A stretch of 63,708 nucleotides of DNA, filler included, from Folioceros fuciformis (GCA_049999805.1; 18 parts of 18 records of this genome joined end to end with filler, not necessarily neighbours in it); one strand, 5' to 3'; counted from the whole stretch's first letter, positions 1 through 13,161 are shown. A program made the numbers and translations. The notes: generated from the letters alone by a model not told the origin.

Positions 1-45
1 GCTTGTTTCAGGCTGAGCAGCTAATGTGATTTGTGACATGTGCAG

Positions 46-3000
46 GAGTTGGAATGGGTTTTTGGGTTCTCCAGCCAAATCACTGGAGGAGCTGTGGATT
101 TGCGAACTGACTCCAGGGATTTGGTATGCTATGTAGCTGGCCACACTATCGTCATTTTTAATCGAACGACTTGTCAGCAGGTGACGATCAAAGAATCCTG
201 TGCTGCTTCTGAAATTCAAGGCCTTTTCGAAGGTGTTGACCCTGACGACATGCTATGCCCTTTCTTAAGTTCTCTGCGTCGTTCCTTGCAGATTGATCTT
301 CAAGGCCATGTGCATCAGATACAATGCCTTGTGTCGGACCCTCAAAGAGTGTTTATCTTGTCAGCAGATTGTGGCTCTGACGCCTCTCTTATCCTCTGGG
401 ATGTTACCACTGGTCAGGTTGGTTTTTGCTTTCTCAGTAAGTTGGACTTACTCTTTATGTGCTTACCAATCTCGTTTTTGCGTTCCTACAGGTGCAAAAG
501 GCCGTGATGCTGGAGCAAGCAGGGGGAATCATCGCCATGGACGTCTCCTCCGACAGTTCTCTGATTGCTACCCTAAGTGCTGTTTGTAAGTCACCTGGCC
601 CCTAAATTCTGTGTTGATCTCGGCCCTTGGAAGGAACTCCTGAATTTATGACAAACAAGCAATTGGTCATCAAATGGGAAACGTATTCTAGTAACTAGAC
701 ATGTTGAGGATGTCGCAGATTCAGGATCTGTTCAGGACCTAAGCATATGGGATAACTTACTTAGTAATGATAAACCGCTCGTCACGGCCCATATACCCTT
801 GCAGGAGCGCCAGGTATGACGTGCCCCCTTGCTATCCCACATCTTGCGTACCCAGGCAGCTTGTTAGTGTTCTCCTGTGTTTCCTGATAAGCGTGGTTCT
901 ACGTGCTGTTCACTCAGGTCTTGCTGCACATAATGTGCATGATCTGGCACCCTTTTTGGACATTGTCTCAAACTTATAACCCTTGTCTTGCCTGTAGCCA
1001 GACGTGTGTGCGCTTCAATGTGTCCGACATGGATGAACTCGTTACGAATGGAAGGGCAACAGCGTTTTTTTGGAGGCACCAGAAGGTTGGGCACTTATTT
1101 TGTAGTTCAGAATAAAGCTTTGAGCCTCATCAGTGTTTGGAGTCAAACTTCTTCTTTTCTCGATAGGAGGAGAATGAAATAGGCGTCACCCAGCATTTTC
1201 TAGATTGTAAACAAGGTGAGGTGAAGGCAAAAGAGCTGAAGCAGACACTTGGGGCCTTCACACACTCTGCTTTCATCCCTAACACACAACATGCTTTAAC
1301 TGGGACTGTTGATGGAGATCTTGTAACATGGATTGAACCTAGGTACCAGAGCATTTAAGAAGTTGTTTACCATGTTCGTGTCTGACAGGGAACAAAAATA
1401 ATCGTATGATCCGGTTTACGTTTTGTCCTTTTGTATAGCTCCATTCCTGAGGAAAGCCAATCTGGTGCAAAGAAGAAGGCCAGACTCATGCGCGCAGTCA
1501 AGGTGGTGAGGGTCCATGCTACTGCAATAACAGCTCTGGTTACACCAGGAAATTATATTGCAACAGGAGATGCTGGTGGATTTGTTCGATTTTTTGATTC
1601 CCGGTTAGGCCTCATAGCCTGGTTTGAAGAGCTCATGGCAGGTAGGCGCAGTGCAAGCATGGTCTCATAAAGATTTCAATTTCTTTTCTGGAGAAAATGT
1701 GATGACCTTTTCGAGAAAATAAAAGCAGCGATTGTTTGCAGGTCCAATATCTTCCCTCTCTTTCTCAGCAATGGACCCTTTGAGACACAATGACGCCCTC
1801 TATGCTCTGCAAGTTGCACCCTTTTTGATTGGCACAAAGAATGCTCATCTGATCCTACTGCGTGCGGCAATCTTTGAGCAGCAACCAGGGTCTATAGAGT
1901 GCAAGGTATGCGTTCATGATGAAGAAATGCTTTTGAAGTATCTATAACTGCATTATGCGTACAAAACATTCAAGGCGATGTCATACAGTAGGCACTGCAT
2001 CCGGTTGTCATGAACAAATCTGAATGATTATCTTCTAATTGTTCTTTGCCTTCGAAGGAAGGCCAGTAGGGAGAAGAGGTGGTGGAGCCTATGCCTGAAA
2101 AGGTTGAAATGCTGTCAGCGCATCCGTCACAAAGTCACTTTGCAGTTATGAGTGCTGGCAATGTACTGCAGGTCAGCTTTAACAGGCTCTGTCGATTACT
2201 TCTTGCACCTTTACTAGGACAGCGTATGTGGCTTCATTTTTCCTACTAAGTGGGTCTTGATAGGTGGGCCATGACTCGCTTTGCAGATACAGGACTACGA
2301 AACACGACGAATGTTTGCAAGACGAGAGTTTGCTAAACTCAAGGTGACCAGATTCCCGTGACCAAAATATGCATTAGCTTGTTGTGTATCGCTTGATTGA
2401 CAGGTAAGATGCTTGCGAAGCTGCGTGAAACATGAGGCTTGTGTTTTTCGTTACGTGCAGCTTTCATGTGTGAAGTACTCGCCACTGGGAACAACCATAG
2501 CATGTGCGTTCTCAAACGGGGTCTTGAAGGTGTGCCCTGTTATTCATGTTGAAATGAAATGTTTGCGAGGATGCATGAATTTCTTACGGTATAGTTGTCT
2601 GTCTTTGCACCTCAACAATTGGACGTCATGTCTCCAGTGTGCTTGAGAACCCTAGTTTGCTTAAAAAACCACTAATCTATCGCAGATAGTGAGTTCAACG
2701 TCATTACAAGATGTGCAAAACTTTTCATTCACGAGATTGAGTGTCCCCCTGGTACAGAGCTCTGTTCCCCTGGAAAGTGGAATCTCGATCATTGTGCTTG
2801 CATCTCTTAAGCCCTAGCCAATTCACTGTTTTGTCGCTACATCAGATAACATTTTCAAGTGATGGTAACTACATAGCAGTTTCTGACGCGGGTGGGAACG
2901 TTGCTGTTCTCTCGTTTGAACCAGTACGTGTACTCTTTACTGTGTCCGCTGTTGACAGGCTATCTATCCGCTTACAGTGCTTCTCTGGCAATGGCAAACA

Positions 3001-4945
3001 GATCAAGGGGAGATGGGAGTACAGAGGAAAATACAAGTCACACGCCCGTCCAATTGTGGCTCTCCATTTTGCCACGGATGAAGACAGGGTGAACAGGATG
3101 TTTTCCATTGGCCTTGTAAGACTCTGTAAAGGTTTAAGGGTGATATGTGTAGTATATGCGTATGGTTGTATAAGACACATGACATGGAGACTGACGTGTA
3201 GGCTTCTTGATTCTTAGGACGTGAGGGTGGTTGAGTACGATCTTCCTGCTTCTGTCAGAGGAGACGGCTTGAAACTGAAGGGAACGTGGCCCCTCAATTA
3301 CCATAATACCCCCACTGCGATTGTCTCGGACGCCACAACGAAGCTGGGGCAGGTCTGCCCTAACATTCCTTCTCCAAGGTCATTTCGAGAGAGTGACTGG
3401 ACCTGCAGAAATGAGGCTGACGTTCGGTCGTGGCTCCCTGCAGTTGCAGCTAGTAATCTGCGACAATGGGTACAAAGTGCGTTTGTATGACACTGAGAGG
3501 TTTCAGTGCAAGAAGACTTTCCGTGGTCCAACATTTGGCTCACCAGTGGCTCAAATGTTGCGCATTCGTGAGCCAGAGGAAGAGAAGGTAAGCCGTAGAA
3601 TGGCTGTCCGCTGACTGATGAGACGCATACGACAATTGACAAGATAAGGGGCACGCAGGTGTACCTTGTTTATGCATTGAAGAATCAGGTGCTGGGACTC
3701 ATGACCTATCCGTCGAAGAAAAGAAAGAACCTCCAAGTTATAGGAGTCGTGGGGCATTCTGGTCCCATCTCATCCATCGCTGTCTCCTACGATGCTAAAT
3801 ATCTCATAACTTCGGGCCAAGGTGACAGGTTAGCAGTCTCACAAACCTGCCATCCCACCTCCTGGGTCTATCCTTCCAAATGCACGCTAAGTTCTGGTTC
3901 TCTAAAACTTGCCCTGCAGGTTGTGTCTTTCCTCTTGTGGGCCAGTCACTAAAGTGTAACATTTGGAGGCTTGATCACATTCAGTGTCGTGAACGTGTGG
4001 CGGGTGGATCTGGGGTTGCTGAACGACTTATTTGAGCGCGAGGCAGAAATCCTCGGTGGCCATCCAGCTCTGTTTCAAGGCCCAGACGGACAAGTTCTTC
4101 TACAGGAGCTAAGAGAGACCTTTTTCTGTGCGCAAATCCGGTCTCAGGTTTCACAGAGCTGGCTCTTCCTGTCACAATCTCTTTTATGATTTGCTTAATC
4201 GACCGCGAGCTAGCTGACCATGTTCCTCACAGGGGGAAGAGTCATCCCACGAACGCAATCTTGACGACACTTTGCAACTTGACCAGCTACCTGAGCTGCT
4301 GAGGGCCCTAAAAGTTGACATTTCCACTTCTGATATCCGAGACATCCTGCAAGAAATTGGGAGACCACTGTAAGAGCCAGAACCGATGGTCGACTGATTT
4401 CACTTCGCTGTTTGAATTTGCGTATTTACACCACTTCCATTTCAGCAAACAAGGAGGATTAGACCTTCCAAAGAGGATCAAGTTCACAGATTTCATATCG
4501 ATATACGCTAATCATAGACCAGTCGTTCCACTTGAAGAGAGTCAGGTTAAAAGCGCGTTCGCCGTAAGCACCTGTAACCAACCCTCGGTAAAGGTTCTTC
4601 TTCATGCCAGTATACTGTCTGAGCATCTTTCTCCTCCAGGAACTTGGAGCAAACGCTGAGACGGGGGAGCTGCAACGCGACACTCTGGTGAAAGCTCTGT
4701 GTGAAGAAGGGGATGCTCTGACCAAGTCAGAATTCCGAACTCAAACCCGTTTGTTTTGTAGGCCCTTTGCACATGGCAAAATACATGATTGGATTTGTTG
4801 GAATGTTACGCACAGGGATGAACTGCGCGACGTTTTGGCACTGTGCGTGGGAGAGTCTCCTGCAGAGGATTTGTGTCTGCCTGAAGAGAAAGTGAAAGCA
4901 ACATGGTTCGCTAAGAATGTGCTCTACTTGCAACCCTTCGACTAG
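46..4945 (+). CDS. CFAP251: Cilia/flagella-associated WD40 + EF-hand-like protein (CFAP251/WDR66), multi-exon, 5' end lies before the window
   Basis: Spliced exons give ELEWVFG...LQGHVHQIQCL...ILSADCGSDASLILWD, YIATGDAGGFVRFFDSRLGLIAWFE, RWEYRGKYKSHARPI, CKKTFRGPTFGSP, GVVGHSGPISSIAVSYD, ELRETFFCAQIRSQG and IKFTDFISIYANHRPV, ending LQPFD* at 4943-4945. These match my recollection of WDR66 blocks. Over 20 short GT-AG introns. Confidence 0.85.
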
Positions 4946-5418
4946 AGCAAGCCATAGAGCTGTACTTCCTCCTTGCAACAAACAATTGAGCCACACGGCG
5001 AACTTGCCCCTTGTGATGTACTCGGTTTTGCCCGCTTATGTCATGAGCTTGGATTGCAACTCCAGTAATTTCACACACCGATTATCATCTGTGATACCGC
5101 ATCAGCTCCCTCGCGAGAAAGCTGAGGCACCAAAACAATGTGTCAAATAAGTCTTTTCCGAGAAAATTCCAACACTCTTCCGGGTTCGGAGGCTCACCAG
5201 TGGCACAGGCCGGAGCTCTTTGCGCGGAGGCAGCATGGTGTCCTGTGTGGATGCTTCCTGCATGGTGGGTCCGGTTGGACACGGTGCAGATTGTCCACTA
5301 TGCCGACAGCTTACATACGCAGCAGCCACCTCCAGCTGTGGGTGCCATCGTTAGGACGTCTCCGGCTGTCCATTCTCGATGCCTTCTGTACTCGAGCTCG
5401 CGGGCTGAGGTTGCGAGG

Positions 5419-7550
5419 ATGACGGAGGGTGTTACAAATGACAAGCAGCATCACGCACCCGGAGGAGGATTTAGAAATCCATGGCCTTCCTTTGGTTTGG
5501 AGATGACAGTGAACCAGCGCTTTAAGGCTGTCGGCGTAAGAAGTTGTAACGTTGGAACTTGAATTGAAGGCGTTTGCCCGCAGTATAGGTAGGATCAATG
5601 TGCGGGCTCGGCTTGCTATTGCAGGAATATCTCAGGAATCGCGAAAAGGTCACCAGTGATCTGAGGAGGCAGCTAGCAAGTCCTGTGAGCACGAACATTG
5701 GTGCATTGCGAGATCCCCCAAAGGATGTTATTCAGGTTGGTATTTCAGGTTGTGTGACGAGCTGTTTGGATCTCTCGTTTGACACCTTTGTGGTAACTTA
5801 CTCTTCTTGAACCCGCTGTTTCTTGACCCGGAGATGTTCTATCGCTCGGCTGTATGTTCGGTTTGACTGCAGGCTACCTGGGTTGGTCATGCAACTTTTC
5901 TCGTTCAATTTGAGGGACTGAACGTGCTGACTGATCCAGGTCGGATTCAGAGCTGCCGATTCTGAGCGATTGTGTAAAACGACAGACGAAATGGTGATCT
6001 AAGCCTCTTGATTCTTCTTGTGCAGTCTGGTCAGATCGTTGCTCCCCTTCCCAGCATATTGGTCCCAAGCGGTGAGAAGAGGTGACGTGAATCTTAAGGT
6101 TTCTCGTTGTAAAGCGATGAGCGAAACCTCATGCTGGCATTTCGTGTGTCAGGATTGTGCCAGTTCCCTTCCCTCTCAGAGACTTACCTCGTGTGGATGC
6201 GGTTATTATCTCACATAACCATTATGGTGAGTGTGTCTCCACATTTCCTTCCGTGCATTGTGATGATGTCGATTTTCAGCAAGGTTTATTTTTCGTGCAG
6301 ACCACTTGGACGAAGGAACTGTGAAGAAGCTGGGCAACAAGCCTCTGTACCTTGTACCACTTGGAGTAAAGAGCTGGTAAAGTACCGAGTAGTTCCATTC
6401 ATTCAGGTCCATTCATCCTGTTTTGATCACTGATGTGTCGTCCATGTCCCAGGTTTACTCAATTAGGTGTCACCAATGTGGTAAGCCTGAAGCCTGCGAA
6501 AACAGCAGAAGCCACCTCCTGCTACATAGTTTGTATTGTTCAATCACCTATGCACATCGCTCACGGTTCACTGAATCCGTTCCTTGTTGCATGTGCACAC
6601 TCAGGTTGAACTAGACTGGTGGCAAGAGCACAAGTTCTGCGTGACTGATGAGGGTACGAGCAAATGCTTCACGGCAACGTGCACCCCGTGCCAACATTTC
6701 TCTGGTCGTGGCCTCTTTGACAGAAACAAGGCAGGACTACAGTTGCAAAATGAGGAACTTTCAGTCTCCCTTGCGCTCGGTCACAGCTGCTCACTGTGAT
6801 TGCATGCGTGGCAGACACTCTGGGCCTCCTGGGTTCTTGAAGGTCAATCTCGCAAGATATATTTTGCAGGCGACACAGGACTCTGCTCAGTGTCGAAGTC
6901 AAGTGACCAGGCAGAGGAAGTTGCAGAAAAGCCGCCCGTTTGTTCAGCTTTTTCGGATATCGGGAAGAAGTTCGGTCCGTTCGATGTTGCTCTCATTCCA
7001 ATAGGAGCATACAGCCCTCGTTGGTTCATGAGCCAAATCCATTGTTCTCCTGGTCAGTCCATCGGCTAACGGGTTTTCGGAAGTGATACTTTGTCACGGT
7101 GAGCGATTTTCTGTCCATCTGACATCCTTTCCACGCTACGGTTTCAGAGGATGCCGTTGCAATTCATCTAGCTGTCGGAGCTAAGCAGTCCATCGGCATG
7201 CATTGGGGTGAGTATAAGCACCGAATGTTTGTCAGCTGCCTTCTCCACATGGCGGGGTTGGTACATGCTTGTCGTTGAAACTGTTGTTCATGGCAATTCT
7301 GCTGGAGGGACCTAATATTACCCTTTGTCGTTCACGCAGGGACCTTCGTGCTCACAGATGAACCGATCTTGGAGCCTCCTATCAGGCTGCGGAAGGTTGG
7401 TGTTCGATCAATGTTTTGCTTCTCTGGCCCCATTGTCGACCAGTCTATTGATATCTGTGGTTGTTGCGGGAGCAGGAATTGTCAAGGCTGCATCTTGATC
7501 CCGGAGCTTTCATCACTATGAAGCATGGCGAGACCAAGAGCTTTCCCTGA
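5419..7550 (+). CDS. NAPEPLD: N-acyl-phosphatidylethanolamine-hydrolysing phospholipase D-like protein (metallo-beta-lactamase fold), about 12 exons
   Basis: Starts MTEGVTNDKQHHAPGGGFRNPWPSF. Spliced motifs: ATWVGHATFLVQ, LTDPVWSDRCSP, SHNHYDHLD (HxHxDH), [76 protein letters not shown]. Ends KHGETKSFP*. One GC-AG intron at 6731-6814. Confidence 0.9.
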
Positions 7551-8355
7551 GCTTCGTTCTTCATGCTGGGTTGAAAGAAATACATATGGGCCGTGGCCAG
7601 TGTAGCTTGCTCGTTGGAGCTCAAATTGAGACGGTGTGATGACGATATTGGGGATGGAAGGACCGACATACGGTCATGACATCACTCGAAGAGAAATTAG
7701 CTCTAGAAGAGAGATTACAGAGATGCTACACTGTCGGGAGTAGTCAGTGTCAATGCATTCCTGGTGGCTGATGTAAGGGTTGGTAGCAAAAATGGTCAGT
7801 GGGCTGAGTGGCAGCCTGTCACCTAATTTGGGCAGCGATTCCAGAGGCCTCACAGCATGACGATATTGTTCTTCTGCATAAGCGTCTCCTCGGCATCCAG
7901 AGTGGAAGATGGGGACAACAAGAGTGCCTGAATTGGTAGAGAGCTTCTCGTCTGTCCAAACGGAATCGATGAAGTGTGCACCCCATCTCTCTTTGGTAGA
8001 CGAAGGATCCAATAACGATTTCAGCTCCGCAACAAAGAAAAATGGGGGAGAAACCACTACAAGGCTCAAGGCAAGGCGGACTAGCTCTGGCACTTGTTTA
8101 CCGTGCAACAAGCGATCTCTTTCAGGGTATCGCAGTTTGGGTCAAGGACAAGCCTATTGTCACCCGAACCCTTCAGCTGTAGTTTTGCAGGGTTAAGCAA
8201 CGGCAACTGGAGTTTGACGCATGCTACCGCATTGGCCTGACCTGAGTCTGTCAATGCTTCAAGGTGACGGACGCGCGTTGCCTGGCCCATCTCCTATAAG
8301 TAAATGTTTATGTAAGGTTAGCGCAGCTGTAGTGTAGTAGGGCAGGACGAGAGCC

Positions 8356-8460
8356 ATGGCATCCAAATGCTGCCGCATGTGTGGGTGTTGTTCATGCCTC
8401 ATCGTGGCCTTCGTGATCTCGCTCATCGTATGGCTCGCAATCATGCCGAACAATGTTGAC
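8356..8460 (+). CDS. 5' fragment of an NDR1/HIN1-like (LEA_2) membrane protein, cut by an assembly gap
   Basis: MASKCCRMCGCCSCLIVAFVISLIVWLAIMPNNVD: Cys-rich N-terminus, a hydrophobic helix and WLxxxP, typical of NHL proteins. TATA-like CTATAAG near 8294. Too short for the ORF track. Confidence 0.5.
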
Positions 8461-8560
8461 NNNNNNNNNNNNNNNNNNNNNNNNNNNNNNNNNNNNNNNN
8501 NNNNTTAATTAATTAANNNNNNNNNNNNNNNNNNNNNNNNNNNNNNNNNNNNNNNNNNNN
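8461..8560. other. Artificial assembly spacer N44-TTAATTAATTAA-N44 (first of 17)
   Basis: Identical 100-bp spacers start at about 8461, 10531, 12531, 15638, 20749, 22757, 24167, 28581, 31424, 34373, 35577, 42110, 43647, 44985, 47160, 60364 and 62136. The core gives stops in all six frames. Confidence 0.98.
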
Positions 8561-9149
8561 TATCTATACCATACTATCTAAATCGTATAAAATAAAGGGG
8601 GGGTTATACGTATACGATCCCGGTCTCTAAAAAACATCTTGATAGTCAAGGCATAACACAACCATAGACAAAGATGATAGTGAGACATAACATAGTAACA
8701 GACAAAACTTGTGCAAGTGAAGGAAAAAATAGGAATGCTTATTAGCATCATTGAAAGCCAGCCTTCAAGACATCGTCAAGACTTTGCTCTCAGTAGGAAC
8801 CTCTTGCACACAACACCATTACGGAAAAGAATGCTCGAATGTTAGGCCCTTACCCCAAGTACTCCTAAATCCCTCGAGAAGAATTTCTAGCCTCATCTCA
8901 AAGTGACAAAGATGAATATCTCCCTAGATGCGCACTAACTGCGTGCACAACGTCCGGCCTATTTGTAAAGTAGGTGTATTTTATATCCAGCTATGTATCT
9001 TCTGCAGATAGGTCCTACGAGAGCCGGCCTCAAAATCCTGTCCTAAGCGGGTTTTTTTTTAAATTTTCCTCTCCTAGCGAATCTCTCCAGCCGGAAAAGG
9101 ATGCGCAACTTCCAAGGAGCTCCGAAGGAAGGCAAGAGTGTAGAGGAAA

Positions 9150-10530
9150 ATGGATGTGAGCGTCTTGCTTCTGCAGTTGCTTACGATTCTTGGGGCCGCA
9201 TTTGTGTTTGTTCGATGGATGCAAATGGGCAAGGCTGGGGCCAAACTGAATTTTCCACCGGAACCCCCGACTTGGCCCCTGATTGGGCACCTCCACCTGT
9301 TTCTGAGATCTCCTCATCCTCACCGTGAGATGGACAGGATGGCGGAGCAGTATGGACCCATTTTGCATATCCGCCTGGCAGGGAGGTCTATGGTGCTCAT
9401 CTCGTCCCCAGACATGGACCGGGAAGGGCTCAAGAATCAGGACCGGAATTTCGCTTCTGGACCTCCCTTCACAGTCTTCCAGGGATTGACAATCGTCGAT
9501 GGATCCATAGCCTCCACCCCTTACGGACCACACTGGAGATACCTCAGGTCTGTTGGTGCTTTCCTTCCTTGAGAATGGTATTGTTAGCGATGCAGAATGC
9601 CAGCTTATTCGGGCTGAAATCATCGCAGGAAGGTGGCTACTGTTGAGCTCCTCACGAAGAAGCGGATTAGTCAGTTTGCGGCGGCAAGGCAGCAAGAAAT
9701 GTCTGACATGGTGCTCTCCATTTTGGACGACATCGCCAAGGACGTGGGAGTCGGCTTGAACGATAAGCTTGCTGCTCTGACCATGAATCTCATGACCAGA
9801 CAGCTATGGGGGAAACGGCTTTTCAACCAAGGAAGCTCGCATCAGGCAGGCCTGGTTTGCTTGTCCTCACCAGGTAGCTGTGACGTGGTTTTCCCATTGT
9901 CTCTTGCAGGAAGGTTTCCTGCCAGGGCTTTGTAGGCTGAATCGGTGGGTCCAGAACTCAAGAAAACGCTGAACGAGTTCTTCCACCTGTACGGAATTCG
10001 AATGGTGGGAGATCATTCTCGGTACCTGGCATTTTTGGACTGGTGGCCCAAGAAGCAGATTGCCAATTTGCACGCAAAGCTGGACAAGTTCCTGAGCAAG
10101 GAGAGAGGAGGAGCACAGAAAACAGAATGCGGTGCAGCACAAAGCAGAAGCAGAGCAGGACTTCATGGATGTGCTGATTTCTCTACGGGCTGAGGAGGGA
10201 GCTATGCCCAACACCGACAACGTGATCAAAGGGCTAACACTGGTTAGTTGCTGCACCAGACCTGCCTCACACCCGAACACTTGAGGCATGTTCCTCTCGT
10301 CGGAAGCAGGAATTCAGGATGTCTTATCATGTTTTTTGTGTGTTGCTGGATTTGATCGGTGTGGGAGTGGACACCTCTGCAGTGACTATTGAGTGGGCTA
10401 TGGCAGAGGCTATTCGCAACCCTGACGTTATGAAACGGGCTCACAAGGAGCTTGATTTGGTAGTCGGGCGAGACCGCAGGCTGCAGGAATCAGACATTTC
10501 GAATCTGCCCTATCTCCAAGCTATCGTCAA
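9150..10530 (+). pseudogene. Cytochrome P450 (CYP71-clan-like) pseudogene, 3' end lost in a gap
   Basis: Membrane anchor, then PPEPPTWPLIGHL, PYGPHWRYLRK, DFMDVL, I-helix [15 protein letters not shown] and LPYLQAIV. Lesions: in-frame TAG at 9933-9935, a frameshift near 10100-10110, and an acceptor reading TG instead of AG at about 10347. Confidence 0.85.
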
Positions 10531-10630
10531 NNNNNNNNNNNNNNNNNNNNNNNNNNNNNNNNNNNNNNNNNNNNTTAATTAATTAANNNNNNNNNNNNNN
10601 NNNNNNNNNNNNNNNNNNNNNNNNNNNNNN

Positions 10631-12530
10631 AGGTCCCTATACAAGAGGGTTGAGGTCATTGTCACCAGCTCAGACCCTTGGATTTGGTCTATCATCTATA
10701 GAGGGCTATGAGATAGATGCCCTTGGATTTCTTCCATCTTTTGCAAGAAATAAAGTCTCTCTAGAGGCAATGACAAACTCCACCTTTTAGAGACTGAGGT
10801 TATAGAAGGCCTATTCTCACAGTTGGGATTTTCAAAAATGGTGTGAGGAAGCATTCATAGAAAACAGACCATTAACTCCTCAATTCAGGACCAAGTTGGA
10901 TGAGGCAAATGTCATATACGACAAGTTCCAAGTGATAGATAGTAGCAAAAAAAATGAAACGATGACACAAGGAGTATAAAACCATGTGTCTTACGTTTTT
11001 CTCATGTAGAGATAGAAGGAAGGCTGTTTTTTTGGCATACGATAATAGCAAGACAATTTAAATGGTTTGGGTCAACCCGTTTTCTCACATTTTAGGGTCC
11101 CTTCTAGTAAGCTTTTTAGCCCTTTGGGTTTTTCTTATGATAAAGTTCCTCGACCTTGAGTGGACTTGCAAGGATTTGCTTAACCTTAAGCGTCAAGGTT
11201 TCTAGTGGCACTAGTCTATGAACATGGCGAGGACTTCAAAAGGAGGCCAAGCTAGTGGCAACTATAGGGCGCGCAAGAGGGGAGGGGTGTCAATGAAACA
11301 AGTGCCAAGGACCTTCACTTGCTTAAGAGGGCAACTAAGCTCCAAGGACTTTTACAAATTTTGACCATGGGTACGAGAGGGCATCCAATTACACTAGGTG
11401 TATGGAAGATCTTGGTTCTTTTCATACCACAGGCTTATGCTATTTGAGTTTGCAATGGAATGATGATGAGTTAACATCTCTCTTCAAGAAGAATATAAGA
11501 ACTGACCCATGGTGTTGGACTATGAGGAGCATTTAGCAAGTGTATGAAAGGCTAGAAGACAAGAGTCATACGTGATGCAATCTAATGGACAAGATAACTG
11601 ACAAAAGTGCTCGTGCTCGACGACTCCTTCGCTCTCAAATGGAATAGTAGATATGTGGGTAGGAGGTCTTCACATCCAGAACAAAAATGGATGGTGCATC
11701 AACCAAATCAAGGAGTCAAAGTAGAGATTGTTCACCAAGATTGTCTCTAGTCTAATCAAATAATTACCAATAAATCTAATACTTCAGGGATAAATTCTTG
11801 CACTTTCTATGCATCGGTACAGTACATAGGGAAAGGTCTAATAACTGAGGGCTAATCATGTATGAAACTTACACCTACCATTAGGAAAAATGATTAAGGC
11901 TCTAATATCATAAATGAGGAAGATGCTCAACTGTGTTCCATGTTAATGAAAAAATAGCTCACAAACGAGGAATATATTGAGGTTGAGTGATTGTTTACTA
12001 TCATTCTCCTAGGGGTTTCCATGCTGTTACATACTGATTGCAGTGGTAGTAGGAGCAATCAAATACGTAGAGAACCCCTACATGATGCCCAACCCTCATA
12101 GACCAGCCTTGAAGAACAAGGAGAGAGAACAAACAATTTGGTAGAAGAGGAACAATGGAAAACCCTCCTTAGATCCCCTAGTCATGGGATGATGGGTTGG
12201 GTGTCATTTTCATTACATATAGAACTTAATCATAAAGTGGAAGAAAAGTTTTAGACCGTAGGTCTAAAATTAACTCATCCATAAAGATGAGTTAATATAG
12301 GCTTATATGGATCTTATCCTATGTTACCAATGAATAGACACCCTTTAAGAGCACATAAGACTACATTGTTAGTACTTAAAGCATCACTCATTATTGTTCT
12401 TCTAATTATGGTATGCATCTAATTATGGTATGCATCTTTCTTGCTCTTTATTACTCCTTCTTGATTCATGCTCTTTTTGCTCTCATCTTTTTTTTAGCAA
12501 GTCATGCTATACATATACCATGCTATACAT
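10631..12530. mobile_element. AT-rich, ORF-free contig; probably a decayed transposon remnant
   Basis: No ORF of 60 aa or more in 1.9 kb and composition unlike the genic contigs. No diagnostic motif was recognised. Confidence 0.25.
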
Positions 12531-12630
12531 NNNNNNNNNNNNNNNNNNNNNNNNNNNNNNNNNNNNNNNNNNNNTTAATTAATTAANNNNNNNNNNNNNN
12601 NNNNNNNNNNNNNNNNNNNNNNNNNNNNNN

Positions 12631-13161
12631 TCGCAGCTCTACCTCTTCAGCGACATGGATGTCGGGCTTCCCAAACCGCCGCCGCCACTTCCTAAGACCT
12701 CCGGCCTCCTGGACGCAATCAAGATGGAGTTGCCGGGCTTAGGGTTGGCAGCCCCTCCTCCGATGCCGCCCCCCGGGTGGAAGCCCGGCATGCCCGTGGA
12801 CATCCCTCCAGGGTGGAAGCCCGGCATGCCCGTGGACATTCCCCTGGGCTGGAAGCCCGGAATGCCTGTCAGCTTCCCGGAGGGCCTCGACTTCATCAAC
12901 GTGCCGCATGGGTGGAAGCCAGGGGACGCTGTGGTGCTGCCGCCGGAGGTGCACGTCCCGCAGCGCGCCGCCCTGCCGCCTCCTTCTGAGATCCTGCTCA
13001 AGGCCAGGGACCTGCCCGCGCCTCCTCCCCCGGAGCATGGTACCATACAGGTCGACCATGTGCAGCTGGATCTGAACCCGGAGTTGGAAGACGACGACTA
13101 CGGCAGCGAGTACGGGAGTGAGGATGCGGCCAGCTCCGATGAAGACGACGACGATGAATGA
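12631..13161 (+). CDS. 3' part of an unidentified protein with Pro-rich PPGWKPGMPVDI repeats and an acidic tail
   Basis: Open frame from the contig start with strong GC3 bias, three 12-aa repeats plus a degenerate HGWKPGD copy, then IQVDHVQLD and a D/E tail. Stop at 13159-13161. Confidence 0.7.
   Translation, partial: SQLYLFSDMDVGLPKPPPPLPKTSGLLDAIKMELPGLGLAAPPPMPPPGWKPGMPVDIPPGWKPGMPVDIPLGWKPGMPVSFPEGLDFINVPHGWKPGDAVVLPPEVHVPQRAALPPPSEILLKARDLPAPPPPEHGTIQVDHVQLDLNPELEDDDYGSEYGSEDAASSDEDDDDE

Noticed and set aside
9933-9935. Premature stops (CYP, TFIIF-like, caspase-like) rescued by U-to-C RNA editing
   Set aside because: Such editing is organellar in plants, and these nuclear loci also carry frameshifts.
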